Below are positions 37,624-50,320 of a stretch of DNA of 64,000 nt, in pieces; the first letter of the stretch is position 1, and the number at the start of each line of letters is the position of its first letter. Made by a program: the position numbers and the translations under genes. A model generated the notes under the pieces. The model had not been told where the DNA came from. It saw only the letters and a program-made list of their open reading frames with translations, and ran no database searches. The stretch lies in NCBI GenBank assembly GCA_965153285.1, contig OZ229116.1; one strand, given 5' to 3'. The DNA is from Podarcis tiliguerta. Lineage: Eukaryota.

Positions 37624-38819
37624 ACTAGATGGGGAAGTACAGGTGCCTTATATGAGAAGGCCTTCTTGGAGTCTTGTTTCATGCCATCACTTCAGTCAAT
37701 GAAAATAAAGTAATAATAAGGCATAAAATTTTACTTGAAAGATATGTTTATTATATTCTGCATGTATCTTTTCATTTGCTGGTAATTGTTGCCATTTCAG
37801 TTCTATGATTTTAATAGCCTCCAACTTTTAAAATCATAGTTACAAACAACAAGATTCATTTATTGCGTGGTTTACAACTTAATTTTGAAATCTTGAAATT
37901 AGTTTTGGTTTCAGCATTTTAATGCAAGGGAAAGTGTTGATGGGAATATGATACATCATCTACTGGAATTTGAAAATAAAGGGCTTTCCCTCTAGGGGTT
38001 GCTTTTCCACTTTAGTTAGTGAAAATCTCAGCTGAACTGTTGATAAATCAACTGCAAATAAGGAACTAGGAACAAAATTATACACTAATGACCAGAGGAA
38101 ATTTTGAGACAGAGACAAATTTTGGGCAATTTTGAGACAGAAGATCGAAGGAGGCTGCAACTTATTTCTCCCCCACTTCATTATTCCTATTTCTATACAT
38201 GCCCATATGTTTCTGAGCATGGAGTGTCTCACCATTCAAGTAAACTGTGCCCTACTTGAATGTGGGTAGCATTCAGACATGAATGGCTCAGACAGGTAGG
38301 TTCCTAGAGACCAAGGATACCTTCCCTTTTAAGAATATTGTATGGCTTTCATCTTATAATTTCAATTTCATTGCCTTGGATGGGTTTAAGGATTCTTAGG
38401 ACCAACTGCTTTACAGAAATCATACACTGTATTTTGCCAAGTTAAAAAAAGCTATCTTTCTATGTAAGTGTGTTTCTCCAAAAGTGAGGGGGGGAAAAAT
38501 ATTTTAAGACTTTCACAAAATACAGAATTGTTAGCATACACATGTGTGCATTCATCTATGTTTTGGGGGATGCTATGGATATGTGAACACTGCCAATCCC
38601 AAATTAATTTCATTAGTGCACATATATAAACCTACTATAACACTATAAGGGGAAGAATTTGGATGGATTTTCTAATGAATATATAAAATTCAGTCTCCCT
38701 GCCCCCATTAGTGTGTGTTGCCCCTTTAAGTTGCCATGTCCCAATGCTGCAGTCAAAGTAAACTCTAGAACTAGCAGGATCCCCCTGTCAGTGTATAATT
38801 CTGTTTCATAATATAGGTG

Positions 38820-39155
38820 CAGGGGTATACCTAGGGGTTGGTCAGGTTGGGCTCCCTGCACACATCCAGGGGGACCCTCTTGCTTGGAGTGGCCAGGAGG
38901 GAAAGCAGTGAGGAGGGAAGCAGACAGATAGACCCACAGAGGAGGAGGGCAGACCCAACCCCAATGGCCATGGAGGAAGTCACTGGCAGAACATGAAAGG
39001 CGACAGGAAGCCAACTTTTTGAGTTTCTGGTCTATAGTCTTTTCTGGCTTTGGAGGTGCCAATACATCTTGCCAAGGGCACAAGGGACAGTGGTGTGTGT
39101 GTGTGTGCTATACAGCTCCTTGCCAAGGGTGCAAGAGAGCCTAGGTACACCTCTG
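38820..39155. mobile_element. hAT-type non-autonomous DNA transposon
   Basis: 16-bp TIRs CAGGGGTATACCTAGG / CCTAGGTACACCTCTG; perfect 8-bp TSD TATAGGTG (38812-38819, 39156-39163). Confidence 0.85.
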
Positions 39156-40324
39156 TATAGGTGAAACAAAACCAAAAAAATGGGACAGCACTAACAAAAA
39201 AAAAATTAAGAAACATTTTTAAAACAACTCTGACACAAAATATTTTTGGGGGGAAATAAAATGTCATCTTCTTCTTCCCATGCACTCTAAGTTAACAACA
39301 TTCAGGAGTCATTGAGAGGAATGCCTTACAGAAGAAGGCAAACCACATTTATTCTCTCTAAACCTAGGAAGCTCCAAAATTCAGAAGGAAGTATGCCGCA
39401 GGCAATCCAGCTTGGTTATCTGTTTCAAATCAGAAGAATACATACAGTGCAATGCAATGAACACTCCTATTGTTCACTGGGGCTTACTCCAAAGTAAGTG
39501 TGCATAAGATTGCAGCCTAAATCTCATTAAGTATTACCAACATCTCACTCACCCCACCCATTTGTTTGAAAGCATGTCACTTTGATACTAAAGTTACAAA
39601 CACACTTTGAATGAGATCGCTTGACTAACATCCTCCAACAATAGAGTTTCTTAACTCAAATCATCCTTCACATACATACAACCAAATATGGAGGAAGCAT
39701 CCATAAATGGAGAGGTGCTGTATTACCACAGCTACATAGGAAAATACAGTGTCCTTTATTTCAAATTGAACTATTTTATTCAAAGGAAGTTGTCTTACAA
39801 TGACTTAGGAAAGCAGCTGAATCTGTTCATCTTCTTGTTGCTGATAGGGGTGGGAGTAGGAAACAGTCTGTCTCTGAAGGCTGTGAGGGACCTTTGAGTT
39901 CAGTCCTGGATGGGTGCAGGACATGATGGAGTGAATATGTAAAAACCTGCCACATTTTGAGGGTGGAGCCTGGAAAAAGCTATGTAAACCCAGCTCCCAC
40001 CATCCCACATATCTGCGTCCATCCATCCATGTTGGGAATAGCTGGTCATAGAAGGATTAAGTAGGAATTCTTATGGTTTGGGCCTGTCAGCCAAATAAGT
40101 GAAGAGAGGGGTTTGGTTGGTTTTCTGCTTGCTCTACGCTGTGTGATTTGCAAAGACTGGCAATTAATGCTGCTTGGAACAAGGCCTTGATGCTGTTTCT
40201 GGACCTTGTCTGTCTTGCCTTTGGGTTCCTTGCTATTCCTCTGCTGGACCCCCTAGCAGATGGTAAATCTCACAACCTAAGCAGAAGGGCAGTCCTTATA
40301 TGTCCACTCATTCCAACACGAGGT

Positions 40325-40431
40325 CGGCAGAGAAGGAAGTTTTTAATGTTTGATGTTTTATTATGTTTCTATATCAGTTGCAAGCCACCCAGAGTGGCTG
40401 GGACAACCCAGTCAGATGGACTCGGTGGTAA

Positions 40432-40474
<43 letters not shown>
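40325..40474 (+). mobile_element. L2-type LINE/SINE 3' end with (TAT)n tail
   Basis: AAGCCACCCAGAGTGGCTGGG..CCCAGTCAGATG terminal hairpin followed by (TAT)n at 40432-40474. Confidence 0.6.
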
Positions 40475-40477
<3 letters not shown>

Positions 40478-40924
40478 AAAGCCAGCAAGCAATTTTGTAT
40501 GAGTTGGGACACTGCTCCAGAACCAACGTCTCTTCAGCTCTCCATTTCTCTCAAAGATGAAAAACTTCATGTCCAATAATAGTGACTCAAAGAGATTTTG
40601 CAGAGGTTATGGTAAACAGAAGAAAGCAAGAAGAAGGATAATCACCCATCTGGGCCACTGCTTGAAGAAGTCTGTATCATTGCTATTTTTTAAACAAATT
40701 TTTTTTTACTATTATGTATGTAAACCACTTAAGATTTTCTATATATATATAAAACTGTATAGAAATCTTGCTTTTAGAATAAGAAAAAAAGGATGACTAT
40801 AATAGAAGGAATCTGTTCACAATAGGCAGGTCTATGGAAAATAACCTGGTGGAGGCACTGAAAAGTTGAACTTTTCCCACATCTTTTCCCACAACTTTTC
40901 TCTTGAAACTAATTTTGTTTGAGT

Positions 40925-42310
40925 ATCATAGAATGATAGAGTTAGAAAGTTCATTGGCGATTATCTAGTTTACCCTCCTGCTAATGCAGGAGCCTGCCAC
41001 TACAGTACATCTGACAGGCAGTGTGTTCCATTGTTAAACAGCTCATGCAATCAGGAAGTTCTTCTTAACTTTTGGTCTAAACATTTTTTCTTGCTACATA
41101 GGCTCTTTCATTCATATCCTACCTTCTAGAACAAAAACACACACACATTTACTCCATATTCTAAAAGTATCAGCCCTTCAAATATTTCAGAATAACTATC
41201 ATAAATCTTCTTTTCTCCAGGCTAAACACACCCAACTCCTTTCCTCATAGGACTTAGTCTCCAAGTCTTTGTCACCTTCCCATGAACACATTCTAGTCAG
41301 TCAATATCCTTCTTGAATTACAATGCCCAGAACTGGACATAGAACTCTAGATGAAATCTGACTAAAGCAGAATAGAGTGTCATTACATCTTGTGATCTGG
41401 ACAGTATACTTTGGTGCATCAGTCTTCTTAACTACATTATGACTTATGCCTAACTTGTGGTCTACTGAAACCCTTAGATCCTTTCACATGTATTGCTCAC
41501 AAATCAAACAGCACCCATCCTATAATTATTCCTACCTAAATGCAGAACTTTACAGTTATTTCTCTTGAAACTCATTTTGTTTGCTTCGGCCCAATTCTCC
41601 ACCCTATCAAGATCATCTCTGATTGAGTCTCTGTCTTCTAAAGTACTAACTACTCCACCCAGTTTGGTATCACCTTGATTCCCTTGGCTTCTTTGTCGAA
41701 GACATTTATAAATATATTTAGCAACGCTGGGCCTAAGATGTCCCTGTGACACCCAACTTGTCTCCAGGTTAGCAAGGAGTCATTGACGAGAACTCTTGGG
41801 ATACAGTTTTTCAACCAGCTACAAACTCACCCAGTAACATCATCAAACCACATTTACCAGTTTCCTAACAAGAATATCATGGGGAACTTTGTTAAATAAT
41901 TTCCATGGGCAGTTCCTGGAATCAATTCCACAGCTCCAAAAGACACAAGGCTTCTTGATTATCTTGGTCCTGTGTGACATTCCTCCATGTGTCCACCTCC
42001 TGCATCTGGTTTTCTTCATCTTCCTTAAAAATTGATCCCTCCTTTTGTCCTTTTGAAAGTATTTCCTTTGTTCCTGCTAGAAATTATTCATTTTCCATGA
42101 TGAGCCAAAGAATGGGTGGGCATGTCTCAAGCTCTTGCACTTTCTCTTCCAGCAGCAATACCAGCTTGCACTTGCTGCAAGTTTTATACATCCTCAGACA
42201 GGAAAACAAAGCACAGCCATGGCATGTCAGCACAGCACCCTGCTCACTGGCCATGTTCTGTAGCTCTCTGTGGTATTGTGGTCTTCCTGGATTCCCTTTC
42301 AAACTTTTCC
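40925..42310 (-). mobile_element. Internally deleted CR1 LINE (ORF1 N-terminus plus RT 3' part)
   Basis: ORF1 zinc-finger/leucine-zipper MASEQGAVLTCHGC..CSKCKLVLLLEEKVQELE (42084-42302); RT DTKLGG..DDLDRVENWA..NKMSF..CKVLHLGR (41504-41752); CR1 ATTCTATGA terminus at about 40926. Confidence 0.8.
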
Positions 42311-42404
42311 TTTAAACACTCAATTAAAATTCTTCATTTGCTGATCCTGTTTGCTTTCACTACATCATGATTAGTTCAGAGACTCCAAGTGTGTCAGGAT
42401 TGAA

Positions 42405-42525
42405 TGGGTCACATTCAATGCTAGTCCTACTCAGAGTAGACCTATTAAATTATTAAGACATGACTAACTTAGGTTCATTAATTTCAATGGGCCTATACAG
42501 AGTAGGACTTAGTTGAATTCAACCT
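42405..42525. repeat. Ancient palindromic MITE-like repeat (related copies near 7225-7350, 7550-7602, 13050-13125, 39463-39518)
   Basis: Imperfect palindrome CTAGTCCTACTCAGAGTAGACCTATT...AATGGGCCTATACAGAGTAGGACTTAG. Confidence 0.55.
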
Positions 42526-43388
42526 ACTGCCTCTTCCTTTTGAACTGATCCCCCGTGCTAGTTGGAATAACCCCCTGTGCTAGTTGGTGCAGTGAGGAAG
42601 TATTATTTCTTTCCAAAATCTCTATCTTTTTCAGCCTCTTAAACTGTCAACCTTTTATGCAGCCCGTTTATAGGTTTTGATGATTAAAAGGCATATAAAT
42701 TCTGTTAAATAAAATAAAATAAAAGATGCACCAAATCAAACTCATTGGTTTTTTTTTAGGGTGATAAGCAATTAATGATGGATGTCAAGTTCTCTATAGT
42801 TATACCTGATTTCATCATGAATGGCTGGAACTACAGGCCACAGAAGGCCAATTATTGCAGGGAAAGAGTACGGCACTTTGCTATTCAGAACACCTTTGCA
42901 CACCACTCTTTGGGGAAGAGGCAGGATCATGCTGAATGTTTTTGTTAAATACAAAGCCAAGTTGCTTTTTCTTTTCCTTGTATTTTAGTGTTATAAGATG
43001 GATGCATGCCATTTTTCAGTCCCCTCCAACCCTGTAGTTTCACCACTGTAAGATAGGATTCTGTTTGGAACAGAGGTCAAACCAGTCTCTTTGTTAAGTT
43101 AATTACTCTAGCCAAGCATTTGGTTGCCACAGAAACGACTAGCTAGAGGTGCTTCCAGAAGTGGGCTAAAGTGAGGCAGGCTTTCCCCCTCCTTCCCTGG
43201 CTGGAGCTGATGTCTTCTATGAGTGTAAAAAAAAATATGCCTTGGCCAGTATCATCTGCAGGGAAGACGCAAAGTCCTGACTGTGCTCAATCCAAAACTA
43301 TGACAGGGGTGGGCGGGACCTAAGGGATGAGCAGTGTTAATGCTGTGAGGTCTTCCACGTTATGCTCAGCCCACATATAGGCGGAAAC

Positions 43389-43591
43389 CAGGCATGTTTA
43401 AACTCCGTTTCGGGGGCCTAATCCGGCCCGCCGGTTGGTTTAATCCGGCCCCTGTGGCAGCTTATTTCTTGGGGTAAAATCCTTTAAAAAACCTCAGCAA
43501 CGTCAACCCTAAAAAAAGCTCAACAAATTCAATCCTTTAAAAAAATCAACAACAAATCTGGCCCTCTTTGAAAAAAAAATGGACACCACCG
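43389..43591 (+). mobile_element. hAT-Charlie-like MITE
   Basis: CAGGCATGTTTAAACT start, repeated TCCGGCCC subterminal motifs, GGCCCTC..TGGACACCACCG end; TSD not recovered. Confidence 0.55.
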
Positions 43592-44169
43592 TACAGAACA
43601 TTATATCACACAGACGCCACCATCTCCACTTACCTTCATTCTGAGGAAACCAAGTACAAGGTATGTGCTGGCACCCCTGAAATTTCTTGCCACTCAAACA
43701 GTGGATATAACAATATTTTTTCTAAAGATCTTTGTTTTTTCGATGTAATCATTTATTAATGTTGATATTTCTGCATAGATAATGTCCATTGTTAATTTGG
43801 GTGTTCATGTGTCTTTCAGAAGCCTTGCATCACCTTTTCTTCCACACCATGAAAATTTCTATGTTCCTCTTCAAGTTAATTTTCACCCACACCCTTCAGC
43901 ACAATTAGATCCAGTTGACCACTGTTAATTGTTATGTAGTTAGGAAGAATTATTTTATGTGACCAAGTGCATTACCTTCATATATTTTAAAATCTTTATG
44001 CTTTAAAGTCATCAGATAATGGTACACATCATAGAAAAGTATAATGGATAAAAACAATTTAAAAATTTCCACAGGCTGATCTGATATTTACAATATATGC
44101 ATATTGTGGACATATTAACAGAAAACCTGTCCTACCATAAAAGCAATTCTAATAACATCAGAGACTCAC

Positions 44170-46542
44170 CTGTCCAGAAGAATCTGGGACCAGCTCCTTT
44201 GTATTCCCTACCTGTGCAGTCTCTGCAAAAACAGGTATGTTGGGGCTGAAAACCATGAGGTCGCTTTTGGCATTGGAGTCTCCTGTCACGCCCCCCAAGA
44301 TGTGACTGTGACGATTTGAATAGGACCAGCTGCCCACCTCACTGGCACACACCAGCGTGGCTGTTCCAGGACCATACACCATGGCCTCCTTAGGCTGGCA
44401 ATGGCACCGCAGGGCCATATAGGCGATGATGGCCAGCAGGAACAAGCTGGACACTGCACAGATGGCTATGATGAGGTAGATGTTCATGTTATCCGCCAGG
44501 GGATTGGGGCTCCCTCTTCTGGGAAGGCGGGCATCAGCTGGGAGGGCTTGGACACTGGCCACCAACGAAATACTCAGCGTGGCGGTGGCTGACAAAGCGG
44601 GCTTCCCATGGTCCTTCACCACAACCAGCAAACTATGACTGCTGCTGCCCTCTGCCTCCTCCAGGGCACGTGTTGTACTGATCTCACCACTGTACAGTCC
44701 CACCCGCCAAAGCCTACTGGACCCCTCATGCATCTCATAGCGCAGCCATGCGTTGTAGCCCGAGTCAGCATCCAGGGCACGGATCTTGCCCACCACATGC
44801 CCAGCTGTCAGGGGGACCACCAGAAGGGTGGGAGCCTCCTCTACTGGTACAGTCACAGCTGGCACATTATCATTCTCATCTACCACAAAGACTTGCACCG
44901 TCACATTGCCACACAGGGAGGGCAGCCCAGCATCCTTGGCTCTCACTTGGAACTCCAGCAGCTTCACCTCCTCATAGTCCAGGGGCTGAAGAGCATAGAG
45001 CTTCCCACTCTCTGAGTGCACCGAGATGTAGCTTGACAGGGGCCAGAGCTTCTCATCCAGCCAGTAGCTGATCAGGCTGTTCTCAGCCACATCTGGGTCC
45101 GAGGCAGACACCGTGAAGATGTGAGCACCTGGTGGGTTGTTCTCCTTCACAAAGACCGTGTAGGAAGACTGAGGAAAAGCAGGTGCGTTGTCATTCACGT
45201 CACCAATGGGTACCACCAGGGTGCTGCTGGTTGATAGTGATGGAGTCCCTTGATCCTGGGCAGTCACTACCAGCTTGTATTCTGCTTCCCGCTCCCGGTC
45301 CAGGGGCTCAGCCACCACCAGAGAGTAATAATTCTTGAAAGTGGACAATAGCTTGAAGGGTAAGTGGGAGGGTGTCACAGAGCAGCTCACTTGCCCATTA
45401 GCCCCAGAGTCCCTGTCTGAGATGCTGATCAGAGCTACCACTGTCCCTGGTGGGGAGTCCTCTGCAACTGGCACGGATAGCGACTTCAGTGACATCTCAG
45501 GGCTATTGTCATTCACGTCCAAAACTTCTATCAAAAGTTTGCAGTCTCCTTCCATTGGTGCATGTCCCTTGTCAGTGGCTTCTATTTGAATTTCATATAA
45601 ATTAATTTCTTCGAAATCTAGCTTTTCTTTTAATCTGATCTCCCCTGTATTCTGATCAATTTCAAACATAGTTTGAATAGTTGAAGGTAAAGGTCTTTTA
45701 AAGCGATAAGTAATCTCCTTGTTGATGCCCTCATCAATATCTGTTGCTTCTAACTTTACAACAAGAGTCCCAATAGCTGAACTTTCTAGTAAACTCACTT
45801 CATAAACTGACTGATTAAAGACAGGTCTGTTATCATTAACATCCAGCACAGTTATCACTAGCTGTACTGTTCCTGTGAGTTCTGGTTGACCCCCGTCTGT
45901 TGCTGTAAGCAGTAAATGGTGCAGAGAGATGTCCTCTCTGTCCAAAGTCCTTTTTAAAACAAGCTCTGGTAGAGGGCTTTTAGCTTGCTTATCCTGAGTG
46001 CCCAGAGCAAAGTATTCATTTGAGCTGATACTGTATGCAATAAGGGCATTTTTACCAATATCTGCATCTGAAGCACTTTGTAGAGAGAAGCGAGAACCAT
46101 ATGCTGTTGATTCTGATATAAAAAGATTTACTATATTTACAGAGAAAGTGGGGGCATTGTCATTTATATCCTTGATTTCCACCTCTACATGGAAGACCCT
46201 CAAAGGTTTGTCCACAATCACCTCCAGGTGAACAGCACACAAAGGGCTCTTGCCACACAGCTCCTCCCTGTCTATCCGGGAGTTAACAAACAAAATGCCA
46301 TTCTGAACATTTACCTCAAAATAGTTCCTATGATCTGCAGACTCCATCCTGAACATCCGAGGCACCAGCTCATCCATCTCCAGTCCCAGATCCTGGGCGA
46401 TGCGGCCCACAAAGGTGCCATGCTGGGATTCCTCCGGCACAGAATAATGGAGCTGGCCGCTCCCCATTTCCCAGGCTGTGTGGAGAAGAACCAGCTGCAG
46501 CAGCCTCAGCCTCACCAAGGAGCCTAGTTTCCAAACATCCAT
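44170..46542 (-). CDS. PCDHA: Protocadherin-alpha variable exon V6
   Basis: ORF 44158-46542; donor CAG|GTGAGT after 44170 (2373 nt, phase 0). Confidence 0.95.
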
Positions 46543-46752
46543 TCTTAAAAATGCATCCGGAGCACAGAGGAATACACACAGTCTTGTTTCTTTCAGGAGT
46601 ACAAATAGATAGAAATTGATGTGTGTCTACCTTAAATGTTCATTTCTGTTCCTATGTTGAGCAGTCATGATGGTTCATTACTTGCTGCAGAGCTCTGCAC
46701 AAAGGAAGGAGGAGCTGACTTTTCCAGTCCTCTGACACTATTTTTTACCAAA

Positions 46753-46767
46753 CAGCGACACCGTGTG
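46753..46767 (-). promoter_or_regulatory. V6 promoter CSE / CTCF site
   Basis: CACACGGTGTCGCTG, 211 bp upstream of the ATG. Confidence 0.85.
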
Positions 46768-49700
46768 ATTGAACTTTTAAATACTTGAAAAGATTGTGTA
46801 CTTGTCATCTGACCTTAGGCATTATGTTATAATGTTTGTTAAAACTCTGATTTCACAGAACTCTTTCAATTAAGTAAATTTTACACTGCATTTTAACTTA
46901 CTAGCCATCCAGCTTTCCTTTAAAAGGGTTGCTGGCCTTGGATATTTTGATACATGTTCAGCGATGGCATTGACATGTGTTGAACCCTGGGTAGTAGTAG
47001 TTTGCTTTGGCAGGATAGCTGTTTCAGAACTGCTTCGGGCCATTTTAGGGCATTAGTTTTATTCGCCCTAGATTGTGGAGATGGATATTCTGCAAACTAT
47101 CTGCAGTGTTCTGCTCTGCGTTACTTGGAGAGAGAAAATCTTGGGCTCATTCATACTTAGCACCAGAGGTCTGGGACCTGTTTCCAGGAAGCATTTGTGT
47201 GGGAAGGAACCACATCATTGACCACACCCATTTCATTCAAGCACACATTCCTAGAATAACACAATTGGGGAACAGCTCTTCCATTATTCACCCTGAATAC
47301 CATTCATCTAATTCAGCCAGGTTCTGTGATTAATAACTGCTTAGTTGGCTTGTGTCTGAGGTGAGGGTTTATCTACTTTTCCTCTGCTCTTTCCAGGCAC
47401 AGTCTGCACTTTAAAGCTCTTTGCCTGAGTGTCCCCCACTTTTTTAACTTCAGAGCTTTCCCAGCGAAAACCTGCTCTTTAAGGCTCAATCACAGCAAAT
47501 GGCAATCCACAGAAAACCTGAATTGACATTTGCTCCTACTGAGCGCTAAAGAGCGGGTTTTCATGAGGAAAGCTCCAGGGCAAAAACAAATGCTTGGACA
47601 CAGAGTTTTTAAGCATGGACATGTGCATGGCAAGAGTGAAGAAAGGGTAAGTGTGAATAAGGCTTGAGTCCTTATCAACCAGTGGCTGACTTTTCTGATT
47701 TTCACACCAAGCTTGGGGAGCTGGGAAAACTGCCTGGAAGCAGCACGTGTTATGTTGTGCCAAAACAGTTGCACAGAATAAAGGAAAATATAATTATGGT
47801 GCTCCCACATTTCTCTCAGGGGACTGAGAGATTTTCCCCTACATGACAATAACCGGAAACCTGATACTTCAGCTTGAGTGCAGCTCCATCCAAAACAGGC
47901 TGAACAAATGCCCTCAATCAAATGTACTTCCATCTTGTCTAGATTAAGCCCACAACCCTCCCCCTCCCCCACCAACCATTTGACAACCTTATATATGCCA
48001 TGGGAAAATACAGTATAATACCATCTACATAATCAGCATAGAGGCCACCTTAAAGAAAAGGCTACAAACAACATGGAATCCAACCCCCTTAGCATCCACC
48101 AGTTGCTTTTCTTCCAGATCAAGTTTATATTCTTATTCTTTAGTAAGGTAAGTCATGTTTGCTGTTGTGCAGTTTATTAAAATTACAAAAAAATAAATGC
48201 AACCCTTTGTGAAGGCAACCCCAGATCCTAGGAAACTTTCAAAAGAGAAGAGAAGGTCCCTATTTACACCATACAATATATTAGGTCGATATGAAGATGT
48301 ACCTACCTTGTAGATACTGAAATTACTTCAGGCACTTCTGGTTTTTCTGTTAGACGGTTATATGAAATACATTATTTATGCTCAATGAAGTCTACTGGAG
48401 GTTAATGCCATTTTTTAAGGTATGCAGTTCTTTACCATATACAAAGAGATTATTTGTATAGAATGGAGTAAGAGATATGTTATTTTTCCTTTCCAGCTTC
48501 TCAATGTGCTCTCACTAAGTGAATCAGTAGTATGACGTGATGGTCTGCATTGGTCTACCAAAAGGTCATAGGTGCATCTTTTATGCATCTCCAGAGCTTG
48601 TCCATAGGTTTATAGTCTTGTGTTTGCTACACCTGTATTGCCACATTTTAAGCCCTATGCATTTGATTTTGCAGTGAATAACTGGCAAACAGCTTCTGTC
48701 CTGAGTTGAAATATTAGGAGATAAATGCAATAGAATAATTGAAAATTACAATAATACTTGCTGAAATATGTACTATGACATTCTACAAAATGAGAAGAGT
48801 TGAGAAGCATGCTTTTATCCTATTTCATTAAATCTTTTAGAATAGATTCTCAGTTTTGGTTAAGATTTACTCCATTATTTGTTTTAATCTATTTTGTAGC
48901 CAGACTTCTCTTCTTCCAATTCCATCTATGCTTTCAGAAAAATTAAGCAAAATTAGCCACAGTGTGTGTGAGCAGAAAGATTTTAATTCTGTCTGATGGT
49001 TACTGCCAAGAACTTTGATGGTTGTAGTACACCTGTAGTACCCCTGTGCAGTGCCTCTTTGAATGGAAAGCTCTCTGAGAAATGACCATTGATGTTACTT
49101 GCACTATGGATCGCACTATACTGTGTTACGCTGACTTTAAAACGACTGACTTCTATTCATTCTTAAGAGCAAGTGTTTTAGAATAGCTCAGTCCAGCTGA
49201 TCAAAAGCTTTTTCAGTATCTAGCATCAAAGGTGTATTATACATTATATTTAGCATATGCTTTATATTGTCAGTTAGTTCCTTACAAAAGGGAGATTAAA
49301 GGTAGTTTTGCCTTGTCCCTGTCTGCAGATTCTGCATCCAAATCATGTACTACAAGTTGCCTTCCTCCCTGTGGTGTTAAAAATGCATATATACAAGGGT
49401 TCTTCTGGAGAAACTAAAAATAAAAAGGATACCTTTGAGCACATGCAGAGCACTCATCCCTCAATATGGAGTACACAAAAGCATGTTCAGCTGGACAAAA
49501 TACAGTGTGTGAAAGACATCCTTCCAAGACAGAGGATATAGCATGGTATCTGTGTCAGAGGAGGTAGTTATACTACTCTCCCTCTAGGTTAGATATTATA
49601 TTTGTGTTACACAATTATTTCCATTTTTCATTTCTTACTTGTCAATCCACACCAAAATATTTGCATAACATTGGAGTACACTATAATCAATTTACAAATA

Positions 49701-50320
49701 ATACTCAGAAAGATGACACCTCTTCAATCTTAAGATGCGGTTTCACAAGCCTTTTTCCAAAAAACTTTTCAAGGAGCTATCCTCAACATCAATTATTACA
49801 AGAGGATGACGTGATTGCCTTATTCATGACATCAGGAGGTTTCCTTGTGTGTTTGGCGGGTGAGAGAGGTTAAAACAAGAAGGGGAATTAAAACTCAATT
49901 CTCCCTCACTATTTTATTGGCCAGGTAGAATGCTCATGCACTGAGAAAATATCAAGCCATTTTCACAATACAACAGGAAATGATTTTTTTTCTTTCATTT
50001 TGCTATTTTGTTAGGCCATGAAAAAGAGTCTGAAACTGTCCCATCTGAAGGGGGCAAAAGATAAAAACCAGATTCATGAAAACCTCATAAAGGAAGTCTT
50101 ATGCTTCTTTCATACCTCTTATTATAGTGCATAAATGTTTGTATCATTGCTATTAGACCAAAAGAGAAGCCCAAAAGATATTATAAACCATTAAAATCCA
50201 TTAAAATGTCTTGGGGGCAACTTGTAATTATTTATTTTAAAAATAAAACACATGAAAATTATATACACAAATATTATAACACAAATATGCATAATAAAAT
50301 AGTTCAGAAAGGGCACTAAC

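Noticed and set aside
40148-40579. 143-aa ORF with a poly-Ile run
   Set aside because: Translation of the (TAT)n tail of a retroelement.
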